Below, piece by piece: positions 7,719-17,700 of a stretch of DNA of 64,000 nucleotides. A model generated the notes under the pieces. The model saw only the letters and a list, made by a program, of their open reading frames with translations, made no database searches and had not been told where the DNA came from. The stretch spans positions 346,173-410,172 of the forward strand of contig DBFWXZ010000026.1 of NCBI GenBank assembly GCA_048214935.1, read 5' to 3'. Made by a program: the position numbers and the translations under genes. Each line of letters begins with the position of its first letter. Positions within the stretch are counted from its first letter, which is position 1. The stretch comes from Tidjanibacter sp. (GTDB lineage: Bacteria > Bacteroidota > Bacteroidia > Bacteroidales > Rikenellaceae).

Positions 7719-7726
7719 CAAAGGTA
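7719..7726 (-). promoter_or_regulatory. -7 box TACCTTTG (minus strand) at the head of the 7264-7807 gap
   Basis: The plus strand reads CAAAGGTA. It would give a ~450-nt leader to the hydrolase gene, or drive the doubtful ORF 7400..7687. Confidence 0.3.
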
Positions 7727-7807
7727 AAGCGGGAACCTCGCGGCAACGTTGCCGTAAGGCTCAAAGATTTTTTCTCAAAAGTCCAACCCGTTTTTTTGAT
7801 GCGGAGA

Positions 7808-8653
7808 TTACGCAATAAGGGCGGTGGGAGGTACCCCGTATCGTTTCTTAAAGGCGGTCGAAAAGTGAGAAGCATTCTTGAACCCGACCTCCGTGTAAAC
7901 ATCCGCGACCTTTTTGCCTCCCTCTTTCATCTTGTCGTAAGCCACTTCGAGGCGTTTGCGAATAAGCCATTTTTCGGGGGTCAGGTCGCTGATTTTTTTG
8001 AAATCGCGCTTGAAGGTTGCCAGACTCCGTCCTGTATAGTGTGCGAGTTCGTCCAGCGTGAACTCGTGCATATAGTTTTTATTCATAAAATCCAGAATGT
8101 CTATCTTCCACGGCTCGTTGAAGTCGAATAGCGTGGGAGCAAAGCGCTCGTCTATATGCAGTAGCGCAAGCAACCCTTCCTGCAGCTTCAGATTCATCAC
8201 ATCGTCTTTGGGTTGCACATTCGGATTAAAATAAGGGGTCATCGAGGCGAAAAGGCTCGAAAGCTCCGCCGTATCTGGGAGTTTAATCACGCCTCCGTCG
8301 AGTTTAGGAGTGGTGGCGGGGACCTTATACAGCTCCGATTTGCCGTACATCTCCCTGAGGAAATTGCGGGTGAACCTCAAAAAAATGCCGCAGTACCGCT
8401 CTCCGCCGTACGTTTTCTTGTACATGGTGATGCGGTGGTCCCGCGGGATGAATACGCATTCCCCTTTTCCTGCGTGAACCTGCTCCTTGCCGTTGTCGAG
8501 AACCATTTCGCCCGAATAGACATAGTTCAGGGCATATTCGCGGGAACGGTGTATGCAGCCGCTTTCATCGTCGTAGAAGAAACTGAAAAATATGTCGTTG
8601 TAGTTGAAGATAACCTTCATGTTGGCTTCCTGTTCCGTGCGTTCTCTTTTCAT
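7808..8653 (-). CDS. AraC-family transcriptional regulator
   Basis: C-terminal double HTH (LDELAHYTGRSLATFKRDFKK ... VGFKNASHFSTAFKKRYGVPP) and an N-terminal cupin-like part. The track ORF begins at 8740. ATG 8653 (or 8620) is preferred because a near-consensus box TATCTTTA lies at 8677-8684. Confidence 0.85.
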   Translation of the reverse strand: MKRERTEQEANMKVIFNYNDIFFSFFYDDESGCIHRSREYALNYVYSGEMVLDNGKEQVHAGKGECVFIPRDHRITMYKKTYGGERYCGIFLRFTRNFLREMYGKSELYKVPATTPKLDGGVIKLPDTAELSSLFASMTPYFNPNVQPKDDVMNLKLQEGLLALLHIDERFAPTLFDFNEPWKIDILDFMNKNYMHEFTLDELAHYTGRSLATFKRDFKKISDLTPEKWLIRKRLEVAYDKMKEGGKKVADVYTEVGFKNASHFSTAFKKRYGVPPTALIA

Positions 8654-8974
8654 GGTCGGAGCTGTTATTGTTTCTGTAAAGATAGGGGTAAAATGTATAA
8701 CCTGCCATTGCTTTGCGGCTCGAAGCGCATCTGCCGGCATTTTATTCGTAAACAGGACCGCCGTAAGGATTGTTTATTTATATTCCCGAACCGCGCCCTG
8801 TCGTAAACGGTTTGCTATTCCTCGCTCCGGCATAAAGGCTACCGGTCGAGAGCCGCTTGTGAACGGAAGCGTAGGTGCACCCGTGGAAGCCGGAACGCAC
8901 CGGGGAGAGCGGCGGGAAAAATCCGTGAATGCACCTGCCGGGCACATTTATGTTTGCCGCTTCAAATCCGGAAT

Positions 8975-9001
8975 ATAAAAAGCCCCTGCGCGGGCAGGGG
9001 C
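8975..9001 (-). terminator. Minus-strand intrinsic terminator with no gene in front of it
   Basis: GCCCCTGC (8982-8989) / GCAGGGGC (8994-9001) 8-bp GC stem. The plus-strand A-run 8975-8981 is a T-run on the minus strand. Confidence 0.6.
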
Positions 9002-9060
9002 CGTCATCAGTGGTTAGGTGACAGGTGGAGAACCTGTTTGGATGATGTTTCTTTTATTTA
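8975..9060 (-). ncRNA. Candidate small RNA (~85 nt) bounded by a -7 box and an intrinsic terminator
   Basis: TATCTTTG box at 9067-9074 and terminator at 8975-9001, both on the minus strand. There is an internal hairpin CAGGTtctccACCTG. No ORF of 20 or more codons with an ATG was seen. No family recognised. Confidence 0.3.
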
Positions 9061-9066
9061 ACGTTT

Positions 9067-9074
9067 CAAAGATA
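9067..9074 (-). promoter_or_regulatory. -7 box TATCTTTG (minus strand)
   Basis: The plus strand reads CAAAGATA. Nearby palindromes: GCAGCATATGCTGC (9093-9106) and ATGCTTTAAAGCAT (9151-9164). Confidence 0.4.
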
Positions 9075-9268
9075 GGTAAAATGACGCGACTCGCAGCATA
9101 TGCTGCCTTTACGGGGCACAAATAAGACGAAATATGTTACTGTATGTCATATGCTTTAAAGCATGGGTTCTAACGTATTACGGTTCCGGGCAGTGCGTGC
9201 GGTTTTCAGGAGTTTTTCCGGCCACGTAAAATATTTCCTGAATTGCAAAGAGAGAGCGAAAAACCTCC

Positions 9269-9276
9269 TATATTTA
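9269..9276 (+). promoter_or_regulatory. Near-consensus -7 box TATATTTA upstream of the fucosidase gene
   Basis: 29 nt before ATG 9305. The last base is A instead of G. Confidence 0.3.
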
Positions 9277-9304
9277 CGGACGCTAACCCGAAACGCATAA
9301 TTTC

Positions 9305-10603
9305 ATGTTCAAAGCATTTGCTACCTGTCTTGCAGCTATGTGCTTTTCGTTCGCTGCTGCGCGTATTCCGTATGTTCCGTCTTCCGAAAACCTGAAAGCG
9401 CGCGAGGAATTCCGCGACCGCCGCTTCGGCATATTCCTTCACTGGGGCCTTTACAGCATGCTTGCGACCGGTGAGTGGACCATGACCAACCGCGACCTGA
9501 ATTACCGGGAATACTCCCGGCTTGCAGGCGGATTCTGTCCCTCGCGGTTCGATGCCGCGCAGTGGGTGTCGGCTATAAAGGCTTCCGGCGCCAAATATAT
9601 ATGCTTTACCACTCGTCACCACGAGGGTTTTTCCATGTTCGACACGAAGTATTCCGACTACGACGTAGTGGATGCCACCCCTTTCGGAAGAGACGTCCTC
9701 GAAGAGCTGGCGGAAGAGTGCCGGCGGCAGGGGATAGGACTGCATCTTTATTATTCGCATATAGACTGGTATCGCGAGGATTTTCCGTGGGGTCGTACCG
9801 GCCGCGGAACCGGGCGTCCGGATTCCGCAGGAAACTGGAATTCGTATTATGCTTTTATGAATAACCAGCTTACGGAGTTGCTTACTAACTACGGCCCCGT
9901 AGATGCGGTATGGTTCGACGGGTGGTGGGACCAGCCCGCCGATTTCGACTGGGGGCTGGACGAACAATACGCTTTGGTACATTCCCTTCAGCCCGCCTGC
10001 CTTATAGGCAACAATCACCATGTATCGCCCTTTCCCGGCGAGGACATTCAGATTTTCGAGCGCGACCTGCCGGGTGAGAATACGGCGGGACTGTCGGGGC
10101 AGGAAATAAGTCCGCTGCCTCTGGAAACTTGCCAGACCATGAACGGAGCGTGGGGGTACAGGATGTCCGATATGAATTATAAGCCGACAAGGGAACTTAT
10201 CCACTATCTGGTGCGTGCTGCCGGCCGCGACGCCAACCTGCTGCTCAATATCGGGCCCCGGCCCGACGGCACGCTTCCGGACGAGGCGCTGGACAGGTTG
10301 GCGCAAATAGGAGAGTGGATGAATACGTACGGACCCACTGTTTACGGCACGCGGGGAGGACCGACCCGGCCGCACGCTTGGGGCGTTACCACCCGGCGGG
10401 ACGACAAGATATTCGTGCATATACTCGAATTGGAAGACAATGCTCTTTATGTTCCGTTGACCGGAGTAAAGGTCGGCCGTGCCGTAAAGTTTTCCGACCG
10501 CAGTCCGGTCGGATTCGTACAGGACGGCGACGGAGTGCTGCTCAAGTTGGGGGCTGTCCCGAGTGAAACGGACTGTGTAGTGGAACTTACCGTAAAACAA
10601 TAA
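9305..10603 (+). CDS. Alpha-L-fucosidase, glycoside hydrolase family 29
   Basis: Signal peptide, then GH29 hallmarks: RFGIFLHWGLYS, AKYICFTTRHHEGFSMFDT, YYSHIDWY, FDGWWD. Confidence 0.85.
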   Translation: MFKAFATCLAAMCFSFAAARIPYVPSSENLKAREEFRDRRFGIFLHWGLYSMLATGEWTMTNRDLNYREYSRLAGGFCPSRFDAAQWVSAIKASGAKYICFTTRHHEGFSMFDTKYSDYDVVDATPFGRDVLEELAEECRRQGIGLHLYYSHIDWYREDFPWGRTGRGTGRPDSAGNWNSYYAFMNNQLTELLTNYGPVDAVWFDGWWDQPADFDWGLDEQYALVHSLQPACLIGNNHHVSPFPGEDIQIFERDLPGENTAGLSGQEISPLPLETCQTMNGAWGYRMSDMNYKPTRELIHYLVRAAGRDANLLLNIGPRPDGTLPDEALDRLAQIGEWMNTYGPTVYGTRGGPTRPHAWGVTTRRDDKIFVHILELEDNALYVPLTGVKVGRAVKFSDRSPVGFVQDGDGVLLKLGAVPSETDCVVELTVKQ

Positions 10604-10604
10604 T

Positions 10605-13238
10605 ATGAAACGCTGTATTGCTTTTTTGGCGGCGGCCGTCGTGTTCGCCGGATGTTGCGACCGGCATTTTATTCAGGACCGGGAACTCAGACGACAGGTC
10701 GAAGCGAATTTTTCGGCCAAGCGCGCCGCCCTGCCGGACGGCGGTCTTTTCGAAGTGTTCGGAGAAGAACTTTCCGTTTCCGAAAGAGAGGCGCTCGAAT
10801 TTCTGTATGCTTATATGCCGTTGTCTGATATTTCGGATTACGACGGCGATTTCTGGTTGCGCAATGTACGCAGTAGTTTGCAAACGCGGCAGGAGATGCC
10901 GTGGGGCCGCGACATACCCGACGATATATTCCGTCATTTCGTATTGCCCGTAAGGGTCAACAACGAAGCTCTGGATTCCTCGCGGTGGGTGTTTTATGCC
11001 GAGTTGAAGGACAGAGTGAAGAATCTGTCGCTCGAGGATGCCGTGCTGGAAGTGAATCACTGGTGTCACGAGAAGGTGAATTATGCCCCTTCGGATGCGC
11101 GGACGAGTTCTCCGCTGGCGTCGGTGAGTTCGGCTACCGGCCGCTGCGGCGAGGAATCCACTCTGACGGTGGCCGCCTTGCGTTCGGTAGGCATTCCGGC
11201 CCGGCAGGTATATACCCCTCGTTGGGCGCACACGGACGACAATCATGCGTGGGTCGAGGCATGGGTCGACGGACGATGGCGCTTTATGGGAGCCTGCGAG
11301 CCGGAACCGGTGCTCGACCTGGGATGGTTCAATGCTCCGGCCAGCCGGGGAATGCTGATGCATACCAAGGTTTTCGGACGTTACGACGGTCCGGAGGAAG
11401 TCATGTACCGCACTCCCAACTATACCGAAATAAACGTTATAGACAATTATGCGCCGACGGCTGCCTTGACCGTTACGGTGCTCGATTCCGAGGGCCGCCC
11501 GGTTCCGGGAGCTAAGGTGGAGTACAAGTTGTACAACTATGCCGAGTTTTATTCCGTGGCTACCAAGTATGCCGGCCCGGACGGAAGGTCGTCGCTGACG
11601 GCAGGCCGGGGCGACATGCTGGTGTGGGCTTCCGACGGCAGCCGTTTCGGCTACCGGAAGGTGTCGTTCGGACGCGATACGGCCGTTACGGTTCCGCTCG
11701 TACGGACGGCCGGGGAGATTCGCTCCGTCGATTTCGACATAACCCCGCCGGACGAACGTTCCAACATCCCCGAAGTAAGCCCGGAACAAAGGGCGGTCAA
11801 CGACCGTCGTTTTGCATTCGAAGACTCCGTCCGCAATGCTTATAAGGCGACTTTTATGACGCTTTCCGCCGGCCGGGAATTCGCTTCCTCGAACGGCTGT
11901 GAGCCGGACGCGCTGGCTCCTTTGCTGGCGGCCTCGCGTGGAAACCACCGGGAGTTGTGCGGCTTTCTGGCCGGGGCGGAGTCGCCCGAAATGCGCCGCC
12001 GTGCTCAGGCCCTTCTGTCCGGATTGAGGGAAAAGGACCTGCGGGACGTTTCGGCCGTAGTGCTGGCCGACCACCTGTATTCATCGCCCGAAGGCTCCGG
12101 AGAAATTTATGAAAAGTACGTGCTTTGCCCTCGCGTGGAGGATGAGATGCTTACGCCCTACAAGGCGTTTTTCCGCCGGGAAATATCCGGCGCCGATGCC
12201 GCCCGGTTCGCATCCAATCCATCGGAACTCGTGCGCTGGTGCCGCGACAGTATCCGGATGCTCGATACGCTAAATTCGCAGAGAGTTCCGATAAGCCCTG
12301 TTTCCGTATGGAAGACCCGTGCGGCAGACAGGCGCTCCCGCAATACATTTTTCGTGGCGGTCGCCCGAAGTCTGGGTATTCCGTCGCGCATAGACCCGGT
12401 GACCGGCAAACTGCAATACGTGGATTCGGAAGGGCGCTTCATGGACGTGGATATGGAGGGAGCCAGCCGCGCCGAAACTCCTTCCGGGAAACTGAGGGCT
12501 ACGTACGAAAGGACAGGTTCGCTTTCCGACCCGAAGTATTACAGTCATTTCACTCTTTCCCGTTTCGACGGAGGTACTTTCCGGCTGCTGTCCTACGATG
12601 AAGGCGAGGCGAGCTGGAGCTCTCTGCTGCGCGACGGAGCAGTGCTCGATACCGGTTACTACATGCTCGTGACCGGAACCCGTCTGGCCGGGGGCGGCGT
12701 GCTGGCTTCCGCTTCGTTTTTCCGTATAGAGCCGGGGCGCACTACGGTTATTCCGCTCAAAATGCGCGAAGACAGTACCCGGGTGCAGGTTATCGGGTCT
12801 TTCGACTCGGAGGCGCGTTATATGCCGGCAGGTTCGGAAGAATCTTATTCGGTGCTTCAGACCGCCGGGCGAGGCTATTATGCCGTCGGCATTTTAGGCG
12901 TCGGAACGGAACCTACCAATCATGCGCTGCGGGATTTGGCAACCGTGGCGGACGAGTTGGAGGAGTGGGGACGGAGCATTATCCTGCTGTTCCCTTCGCA
13001 GGAGGAGTACGAACGTTTCCGGCCGGAAGAATTTCCCGGACTGCCTTCGACCGTCGGTTTCGGAGTAGATGCCGATGGAGCCGTGCGCCGCAGCCTGACG
13101 TCGGGGATGCAGCTCGACGGCCGGGGCCGACTTCCGCTGCTGATTGTAGGCGATACGTTCAACCGGGTGGTGTTCTTTTCTGAAGGATATACCATCGGCT
13201 TGGGAGAGCGCCTGTTGAAAACGATTCACGGGCTTTGA
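10605..13238 (+). CDS. Transglutaminase-fold (Cys-His-Asp) lipoprotein with Ig/CarboxypepD_reg-like middle and degenerate thioredoxin-like C-terminal domain
   Basis: Lipobox VVFAGC. The TGase core is GRCGEESTLTVAALRSVGIPARQVY...DDNHAWVEAWVDGRWRFMGACEP. The start codon is 1 nt after the fucosidase stop. Confidence 0.75.
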   Translation: MKRCIAFLAAAVVFAGCCDRHFIQDRELRRQVEANFSAKRAALPDGGLFEVFGEELSVSEREALEFLYAYMPLSDISDYDGDFWLRNVRSSLQTRQEMPWGRDIPDDIFRHFVLPVRVNNEALDSSRWVFYAELKDRVKNLSLEDAVLEVNHWCHEKVNYAPSDARTSSPLASVSSATGRCGEESTLTVAALRSVGIPARQVYTPRWAHTDDNHAWVEAWVDGRWRFMGACEPEPVLDLGWFNAPASRGMLMHTKVFGRYDGPEEVMYRTPNYTEINVIDNYAPTAALTVTVLDSEGRPVPGAKVEYKLYNYAEFYSVATKYAGPDGRSSLTAGRGDMLVWASDGSRFGYRKVSFGRDTAVTVPLVRTAGEIRSVDFDITPPDERSNIPEVSPEQRAVNDRRFAFEDSVRNAYKATFMTLSAGREFASSNGCEPDALAPLLAASRGNHRELCGFLAGAESPEMRRRAQALLSGLREKDLRDVSAVVLADHLYSSPEGSGEIYEKYVLCPRVEDEMLTPYKAFFRREISGADAARFASNPSELVRWCRDSIRMLDTLNSQRVPISPVSVWKTRAADRRSRNTFFVAVARSLGIPSRIDPVTGKLQYVDSEGRFMDVDMEGASRAETPSGKLRATYERTGSLSDPKYYSHFTLSRFDGGTFRLLSYDEGEASWSSLLRDGAVLDTGYYMLVTGTRLAGGGVLASASFFRIEPGRTTVIPLKMREDSTRVQVIGSFDSEARYMPAGSEESYSVLQTAGRGYYAVGILGVGTEPTNHALRDLATVADELEEWGRSIILLFPSQEEYERFRPEEFPGLPSTVGFGVDADGAVRRSLTSGMQLDGRGRLPLLIVGDTFNRVVFFSEGYTIGLGERLLKTIHGL

Positions 13239-13474
13239 ACCGAACGTGGTTGCGGCCGGTTGTGTTCGATAGTGCCGCCGCTTTTTAAATCAGTGGCCGC
13301 CCCGGCATCGTTCGCAGCCGCTTCAGGCATGTCCGTATCTGTCCGCGCGTAGCCGGGCGGGTTTTATATGCGGCGCTGGATTCCGACCGGACGCGTCGAT
13401 ACGTTCCCGCCGCAGAGTTCTGTGCGGTTCCTTCCGTAACCGGCCGCTCCGGGCGCATCCCCTGCGGCCTGCGG

Positions 13475-14227
13475 TTAAACCGGCTCTCCCGCATCCCGGT
13501 AAAGTGCGCGGATAATGTTTTCCACGCGACGCGGTGAAGTGGCATAGTATCCGCATTCGTCGGCCCCCGGCGTGCCCATATATATATCCGGATTGACCGC
13601 CTTCATTCGTCCCGGTTTGTATTCGCGCGCCGAAAAATGAAATTCCCGCGCTCCAGTCAGGCGAGCTATGCGACCTATGTTGGACTCGTCTATTCCGCAT
13701 CCGGGCATTATGGTTATGCGGTTGCCTGCCGCTGCGACGAGTCGGCCGAGGAGAGGGATTCCTTCCTCCGCCGTCGGGCTTTGCCCGGACGTCAGGATAC
13801 GGCTGCACCCCGAGCCTATCACCTTTTCCAGTGCGGAAAAAGGGTTCGTCGCCATATCGAATGCCCGATGAAAGGTGACCGACAGTCCGTCAGCCTTCCT
13901 CACAAGCCGTTCCAGAGCTTTAGTGTCCACGTCGCCGTCTTCGGAAAGACAGCCGAGCACCACTCCGTCGGCTCCCAGCTCCCTTGCGGCGGATATATCG
14001 TATTCCATGATTGCAAGCTCGGTCGGCGAATATATAAAGTCGCCCGGCCGGGGTCGTATCAGTACATGCAGAGCTATGTTTACGGCTCTGCGCGCGCAGG
14101 CGGTTTCGCCTGCCGAAGGCGTCAGTCCGCCTTCGGACAGCGCGCTGCACAGCTCGACCCGGTCGGCTCCGCCCAGTTCGGCCGCGATGCAGCTTTCGGC
14201 CGAGGATGCGCATACTTCGACTTTCAT
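13475..14227 (-). CDS. cutC: Copper homeostasis protein CutC family
   Basis: MKVEVCASSAESCIAAELGGADRVELCSAL.EGGLTPS...HVLIRPRPGDF is typical of CutC. Track ORF 13475..14515 trimmed to ATG 14227 (residue 97). Confidence 0.85.
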   Translation of the reverse strand: MKVEVCASSAESCIAAELGGADRVELCSALSEGGLTPSAGETACARRAVNIALHVLIRPRPGDFIYSPTELAIMEYDISAARELGADGVVLGCLSEDGDVDTKALERLVRKADGLSVTFHRAFDMATNPFSALEKVIGSGCSRILTSGQSPTAEEGIPLLGRLVAAAGNRITIMPGCGIDESNIGRIARLTGAREFHFSAREYKPGRMKAVNPDIYMGTPGADECGYYATSPRRVENIIRALYRDAGEPV

Positions 14228-14238
14228 AAGCCAGCGCT

Positions 14239-14580
14239 TTATTTTACGGCGTCCTGCACGTTTACCGTACAGACGGCCGATACCGCTCCGGCGCTGGCGG
14301 TAATGCGGGCGGTTCCTTTCGACACGCCCGTGACGAGTCCCTCGTCGACTCCTGCTATGCCGGGGTCGCTCGACGACCACGACACGCTTTTGTCGGTAGC
14401 GTCTTCGGGCAGCACGGTGGCGGTAACCGTTTCGGTCTGTCCCGCGGTCAGGGTCAGCTCGGTGACATCCAGCTCCAGCGCGGTTGCATAAACCAGTTTT
14501 TGTGTCTCTCCGCATCCGGCGAGCAGGACGGCTGTTGCCGATAGCGGTAAAATATATTTTTTGAAATACGGTTTATTCAT
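14239..14580 (-). CDS. Small lipoprotein with bacterial Ig-like (Big_2) domain
   Basis: Lipobox AVLLAGC. Big_2 pattern: LTLTAGQTETVTATVLPEDATDKSVSWSSSDPGIAGVD..GLVTGVSKGTARITAS. Trimmed to ATG 14580. It ends 11 nt before the cutC start. Confidence 0.6.
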   Translation of the reverse strand: MNKPYFKKYILPLSATAVLLAGCGETQKLVYATALELDVTELTLTAGQTETVTATVLPEDATDKSVSWSSSDPGIAGVDEGLVTGVSKGTARITASAGAVSAVCTVNVQDAVK

Positions 14581-14628
14581 TGCAATGTTTTTGAGCGTAT
14601 TACGGTATAATATAGCAGGACAGTACGA

Positions 14629-14636
14629 CAAATATA
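14629..14636 (-). promoter_or_regulatory. -7 box TATATTTG (minus strand) for the Big_2 lipoprotein-cutC pair
   Basis: The plus strand reads CAAATATA, 49 nt upstream of ATG 14580. Confidence 0.4.
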
Positions 14637-14736
14637 GCGGTTTGTATCCGGAAACCGAAAGCCATGTGTGCTTGCACGTAGCGTGAAGCGTTCGTTTTAT
14701 GACGTTTTATTATTTAGGTATGTCGAAAATAAGAGC

Positions 14737-14744
14737 TAAATTTG
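14737..14744 (+). promoter_or_regulatory. -7 box TAAATTTG upstream of the sensor kinase
   Basis: Matches TAnnTTTG, 46 nt before GTG 14790 (ATG 14805 is an alternative start). Confidence 0.4.
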
Positions 14745-14789
14745 TAAACTTATGCCGTATCCATACACGGGCGGATAAAAGTTTTTACT

Positions 14790-17700
14790 GTGAAAAAGGA
14801 TTTGATGGCCGACAACGAACGTTATGCCCGGTTGATGCAGCTTGCACGTATGGGTTGGTGGGAGGCCGATTTCAGCAATCAGCGCTATTTGTGTTCCGAA
14901 TTCGTGGCCAATCTGCTCGGATTGGAAGGAAATGCCGTAGGGTTCTGGGAGTTCCAGAGTATGATACGAGAGGATTACCGGGAAAGAATAACAAAGGAGT
15001 TCGCATCCATAAAGCAGCAGGAAGTTTACGAGCAGACGTTTCCGATTCTTACCCGTTACGGCGTTTCATGGGTCCATTCCAAAATGGACAGCAAGTATGT
15101 CGATGAAGACGGATTACTGAAAGCATTCGGATTTTTGCAGTGCGTGGATGCTCCCGACTCCGATGCATATATGGAGGTCAACGAGCTGCTGGCTTTTCAG
15201 GGCAGCATTTCCCGCTCCCTGCTCTCGTTTCTTCAGACCGAGGACATGTCGCAGATAATACCCAATATTCTCAGCGACGTACTGCGGCAGTTTCACGGAG
15301 GAAGAGCTTACATATTCGAATTCGACCCGGACGGACGTTCCCACAGTTGTGTTTACGAAGTAACGGCATCGGGAGTGTCCAAAGAGATAGATTCGCTTCA
15401 GAACATACTGGTAGAGGATACTTCTTGGTGGTGCAACCGCGTGTTCAGCCGCAAGCCCGTGATTCTGTTCAGTCTGGACGACATGCCACCCGAGGCCGAG
15501 CTGGACCGGCGCGTACTGTCGGCCCAGAATATAAAGTCCCTTATGGTGGTGCCGCTTCTTTCGAGCAACGGAGTATGGGGCTACATGGGAATAGACATCG
15601 TGGACGAGCATCGCCGGTGGAGCAACGAGGATTATCAGTGGTTCGCTTCGCTGGCCAATATCGTCAGCATTTGTATTCAGTTGCGCCGTTCCGAGCTGAA
15701 GGCGCGTTCCGAGCAGCTTTACCTCGACAGCATTTACCGGCACATGCCCGTGGGATATATTCGCCTGTCCATGATACGCGGCTGTGACGGAAAGTTGGTG
15801 GATTACAGTTGTCTGGACTACAATGATGCCGCCGAAGCGATGATTGGTTTCCGGCTCGGCGACAGGCAGGGGCGCAAGTTGTCCGATGTCGCCTCGTCTT
15901 TGGAAAACGACCTGGATTTTTTCTCCGAAATTCTGGGGTCGGACGGATACCGCGAAGCGAATTTCCTTGTGCCTGAAACCGGTAAGCGTTGTCATTCCAT
16001 AATATATTCCCCGCAACCGGACGAGATAGTGATAATCTTCTCGGACATGACCGAAACTCTGGCCGCCAACGAAGCTCTCGACCGCAGCGAGAAGATACTG
16101 CGTAACATCTATAAGAACCTTCCGGTAGGAATAGAGCTTTACGACAGGGACGGCTACCTCGTGGATATGAATGATAAAGAGCTGGAGCTTTTCGGACTGG
16201 CGAGCAAGGAAGTCGCCCTTGGGGTCAACGTTTTCCACAATCCGAATATTCCGGACCCGGTCAAGGAAAAACTCCGGCGCAAGGAGGATGTGGACTTTAC
16301 GCTGAACTACGATTTTTCCTGCACCGGGGAATATTATCCGACACGCAAACAGGGGATTATGAATCTCGTAACCAAAGCTACGGCTCTGTACGATTCTCAG
16401 AACAACTTTATAAACTATCTGTTTATCAACATAGATACTACGGAAACTACCACCGCGTATGCCCGCTTGCAGGAATTCGAGAGTTTTTTCTCGATGATAG
16501 CCGACTATGCCAAGGTCGGGTATTTCAAGTTCAATCCGTTGACGGGAGAGGGGTTTGCAATCAATCAGTGGTTCAAGAATTTGAACGAGCCGGAGGGTAC
16601 AGCCGTAGGTGAAGTGGTGGGAGTGCACGGCACTTTCCATCCGGACGACAGAGCGGCTATGCGAGAATACTACGACAAAGCTTTGAACGGCGAGGTACGC
16701 AACGTGAGGCGCGAGGTGCGCGTAAAACAGGCCGACGGCTCGTGGAAGTGGCTCAGTTATCATGTGATAGTGCAGGAATATGCTCCCGAAAGGAACGAAA
16801 TAGACATGCTCGGCATCAACTTCGACATCACCGAGCAGAAACAGGTGGAGGAGAAACTTACCGAAGCCAAAAACAAGGCCGAAATGCTCGACAGGCTGAA
16901 ATCGGCTTTTCTGGCTAACATGAGCCACGAGATACGCACGCCGCTGAATGCAATCGTAGGATTCTCCAACCTGCTGGTGGATACGGACGACCCGGACGAG
17001 CGGCATCAGTATATTTCCATAGTGCAGGAAAACAACGACCTGTTGCTTCAACTTATTTCGGATATATTGGACTTGTCCAAAATAGAAGCCGGAACTTTCG
17101 AATTCGTAAAGGGACCGGTGGACGTAAATCAGCTTTGCAGCGAAATGGTAATTTCGATGGGAGTGAAGGCCGCAGGCAGCGGAGTATCGGTGGAGCTGGC
17201 CGACAATTTGCCCCGGTGCAGCATCGTGAGCGACAAGAACAGGCTGAATCAGGTGCTTTACAATTTCATAACCAATGCTTTGAAATTTACGGATAATGGT
17301 ACGGTTACGGTGGGGTACGGCCTTACCGGCGACGGACGCATACGCTTTTTCGTCAGGGATACCGGCTGCGGGATTCCCGCAGAAAAACAGGATGCCGTGT
17401 TCGACCGGTTCGTAAAGCTCAACAATTTCATTCAGGGAACGGGGCTCGGACTGTCTATTTGCAAGAACATCGTGGAACAGATGGGCGGTACGATAGGGGT
17501 CGATTCGACCGAAGGCGAGGGGTCGTGTTTCTGGTTCACGCTTCCCTATGACGGTTACGAGGCTTCCGACGGGAGGAGCGACGCTTCGGCGGTCGTACAG
17601 CCGGTACGCGAGAGCAACGAACGTCCGGTTATCCTTATAGCTGAAGACACCGACAGCAATTATCTGCTGCTTTCGACCGTGCTGAAAAAGGACTATGACC

